This document shows, one piece after another, positions 60,926 to 64,000 of a DNA stretch of 64,000 nt (positions are counted from its first letter, which is position 1; every line of letters starts with the position of its first letter). A program made the position numbers and the translations under genes. Origin of the DNA: Eledone cirrhosa (Eukaryota); contig OZ024742.1 in the NCBI GenBank assembly GCA_964016885.1, forward strand, positions 220,658,001-220,722,000, given 5' to 3'. The notes below the pieces were generated by a model. The model was not told where the DNA came from. It searched no databases and saw only the letters and a program-made list of their open reading frames with translations.

Positions 60926-63530
60926 TACAGAGAACACTAAAACATTATACTAACACAAACAAAACCTGTAAAACACCATGTTAACAACGATCAACACTAT
61001 CACACCATACTAACACAAACCAACACTAGCACACCTTACTAAAACACAGACAACACAAACACACCATACTAACACACCCCCACTAACACCCTCAACTAAT
61101 AAAGACCAATATTAACAAAACATACTAATGCAGACAAACATCAACACACCATACTAACAACACAGACCAACAATAACTCACCATACTAATATTGAAAACA
61201 TCAACATACCATACTAACACAGACAAGACTAAAAAACAATACTAACACAGACCACCACTTACACACTATATAGAAACAGATCAACACTAACATACCATAC
61301 TAACACAACATCACTAACATACCATACTAACACGCTCCAATGCTAACACACTATAGTAACATAGACCGCTAGTAATACACCATACCAACACAGACAACAC
61401 TAACACGACTTATTAAAGTACACAACCACTACAACTCCATTCTAACAATACAGACAATGCTAACGCACCATACTAATCAACATTAAGACACCACAGTAAT
61501 AGAAACTACCACACTATACTAACACACACCATCACTGATACACCATACTAATATACACCATTGCTAACACACCATACTAAGAGAGACAACATTAACACAC
61601 TGTATCAACACACACCACCACTAAGCCACCATACTAACACAGACAACTACTAACACACCATACTAACAACCACCACGTCTAACACACCATACTAACAAAG
61701 ACCACTTCTAACAAACCATACTAACACAGACAACCACTAACACACCATACTAACAAAGACCACGCCTAACACACCAAACTAATACACACCAACACTAACA
61801 CACCATACTAACACTGTAACGGAATACTCCTATGTTTTACCGGTGAAGATTCGAAACTGAATCTAAGAGTTCTCGCCTCTTGGACCACCTATTATTGGGA
61901 GTTTCCCACCATTCTTCTGTCAAGAGACAAGTATGAGAAACATACATAACATTTGACTTGTGACTCCAGGTTCTTGAGCAATGAAACACACATGGCTACT
62001 CATAAATCAACCCATATAGACATCCTTCTAGCTATAGGGTTATTATAAATACAAGTACTTAAGGAATCCACCAGAGAGACACGAAGCAGCAGTCTGTGAG
62101 AGATTATGATATAGCCATTCACTTTTACCCTTTCTCTCTCCTGGCCTTACAGGTTCTCACCTTCTCGGCCACAGACTACACCACCAGACAGTGATAACAC
62201 AGACAAGAGAAGAAAGTTCTGCTAACACTGTGAAATTTCACTTCACAAAAACCAATTTGTTTACTATGCTCTCACATCTAATATCAGCTCGGCAATTCGA
62301 CTAACTAAACGATAGACACATTCACACACATGCAGTAGGTTTACTTATGTTTTTCACTAATCTTTCGTCTTCCTGTTATTTCATGTCTATTATATTGTTG
62401 TATTGACACATGTATACATGCTAGCCCAAAGTAGTTAGCCATCAAATAATGTAGTGATAATTGCTGCCACAAGTTTATTACTTGATGCTCAATGTACCAA
62501 CAAGTGAATATTGTTATTGTAAAATAAACATTGTCAACATCAGAATTCTGGCATTATTCTTTTTATCATTCATCCTGAAAAGAATACATTTATCCATTAC
62601 AACACAGACAACTACTAACACACCATACTAACAAAGACCACGTCTAACACACCATACTAATAAAGACAACTATTAACACACCATACTAACAAAGATCATG
62701 TCTAACAAACCATAGTAACAGGGACAACACTAACACACCATACTAACACAGATCAACATTAACACACCACAGTAATGGAAACCACAACAAACACACTATA
62801 CTAACACACACCCTCATTGATACACCATACTAACATACACCATTTATAACACACCATTCTAAGAGAGACAACATTAACACACTGTATCAACACAGACAAC
62901 CACTAACACACCATACTAACACAGACAACTACTAACACACCATACTCACACAGACAACTACTAACACACCATACTAACACAGACAACCACTAACACACCA
63001 TACTAACACAGACAACCACTAACACACCATACTAACACAGACAACTACTAACACACCATACTAACACAACAACCACTAACACACCATATTAACACACACC
63101 AACACTAACACAGACAACACTAACACACCATACTAATACACACTACCACTAACACAGACACAAGTAACACATTATTTACACAGACGACACAAACACATCA
63201 TACTACACACCATATTAACACACAATACTAGCACAAATGAACAATAACACACCATATTAACACAGACCACAACTAACATACTATTCTACTAAGATAGACC
63301 ATCACTAACACACCATACAAACTAACACTCCAGAGAACACAAACACAATACTAACATAGACCTCTATTAACAGATTATACTACCACAGACCACCACTAAC
63401 ACACAATACTAGCATAGACACACCATGTTGACACAGACCAATACTCACACTCCATACTAACACACACAACATTAATACATCTTACTAACACGGACAACAT
63501 AAACATACAATAATAGCACAGACCAACACT
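60926..63530 (+). repeat. AC-rich minisatellite (cacaccatactaacacagacaac(c/t)actaa, about 27-29 bp); short block also at 59700-59830
   Basis: Directly visible tandem units. Confidence 0.93.
61815..62601 (+). mobile_element. Solo LTR (787 bp)
   Basis: TGTAA..TTACA termini, 4 bp TSD acac, TATA-like tataaat near 62044, aataaa near 62523. Confidence 0.85.
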
Positions 63531-63913
63531 TGTAGTGAAATCTGTCTACGCCTTAAACCTTGGGTGACACCTGAAGGTCAAACTCTAGGTCACCACCCTT
63601 TTGGTGTGAACAGGTTCATGCGTGGGATATCCCCTCAAGGTGGGAGACAGAAAGCCACAGGTATATAAAGCCTATATTTTCCCACCTTAGATACAAAGAG
63701 ATCGGAGCATTACGCTAGCAACAAGCTATGTAAAGATTCCCTCAAAATCGCGAAACGCCCCTACCCTATTTTTCAATATACTACTGATTTTGATATCAGT
63801 CGATTACTAAAAAATTTAAAGAAAAGTGATTTTTCTCTTTGTCGAATAAATAAATACACAATCAAGTCTAACAATCATTTTATTTAATGCAATAATTTAG
63901 TAAATTTCCTACA
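63531..63913 (+). mobile_element. Possible LTR (383 bp)
   Basis: TGTAG..CTACA termini, tatataaa near 63663, aataaa near 63845; no TSD or PBS seen. Confidence 0.45.
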
Positions 63914-64000
63914 ACGTCAATATTTTGAGGAGCGGATCTTTCCACGTCTGTTCATGTCCGTGGTCCAAAAAGAAAGAGTGAACCTGTGGCTGTGTCCGGG

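Overview
Eukaryotic, AT-rich window dominated by transposable elements. The tRNA-type SINEs and RTE LINE families resemble those of octopod cephalopods (inference, not verified by search). Only one host gene is recognisable: an intact Churchill zinc-binding protein whose CDS has no intron (CHURC1, 18062-18400, minus). The rest is mostly mobile-element debris: RTE, CR1-like, Tx1/L1-like, R4/Dong and CRE-like non-LTR retrotransposon pieces, Penelope-like elements (PLEs), stacked non-autonomous Helitrons, hAT and mariner MITEs, a 5 kb Buster-type hAT with a perfect 8 bp TSD, a solo LTR, SINEs and satellites. Highlights: (1) five minimal type I hammerhead ribozyme motifs, two converging on a (TA)n tract at 27.3-27.6 kb and three in the direct and inverted terminal repeats of a 3.3 kb apparently non-coding PLE/retrozyme-like element nested in the hAT; (2) a 12.5 kb palindrome (5.26 kb arms) with a Helitron helicase fragment at the inner breakpoint and a third templated copy at the outer one; (3) a Tx1-like LINE flanked by an 81 bp duplication inside a head-to-tail Helitron array. 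All calls were made by eye, so boundaries of degenerate elements are approximate.
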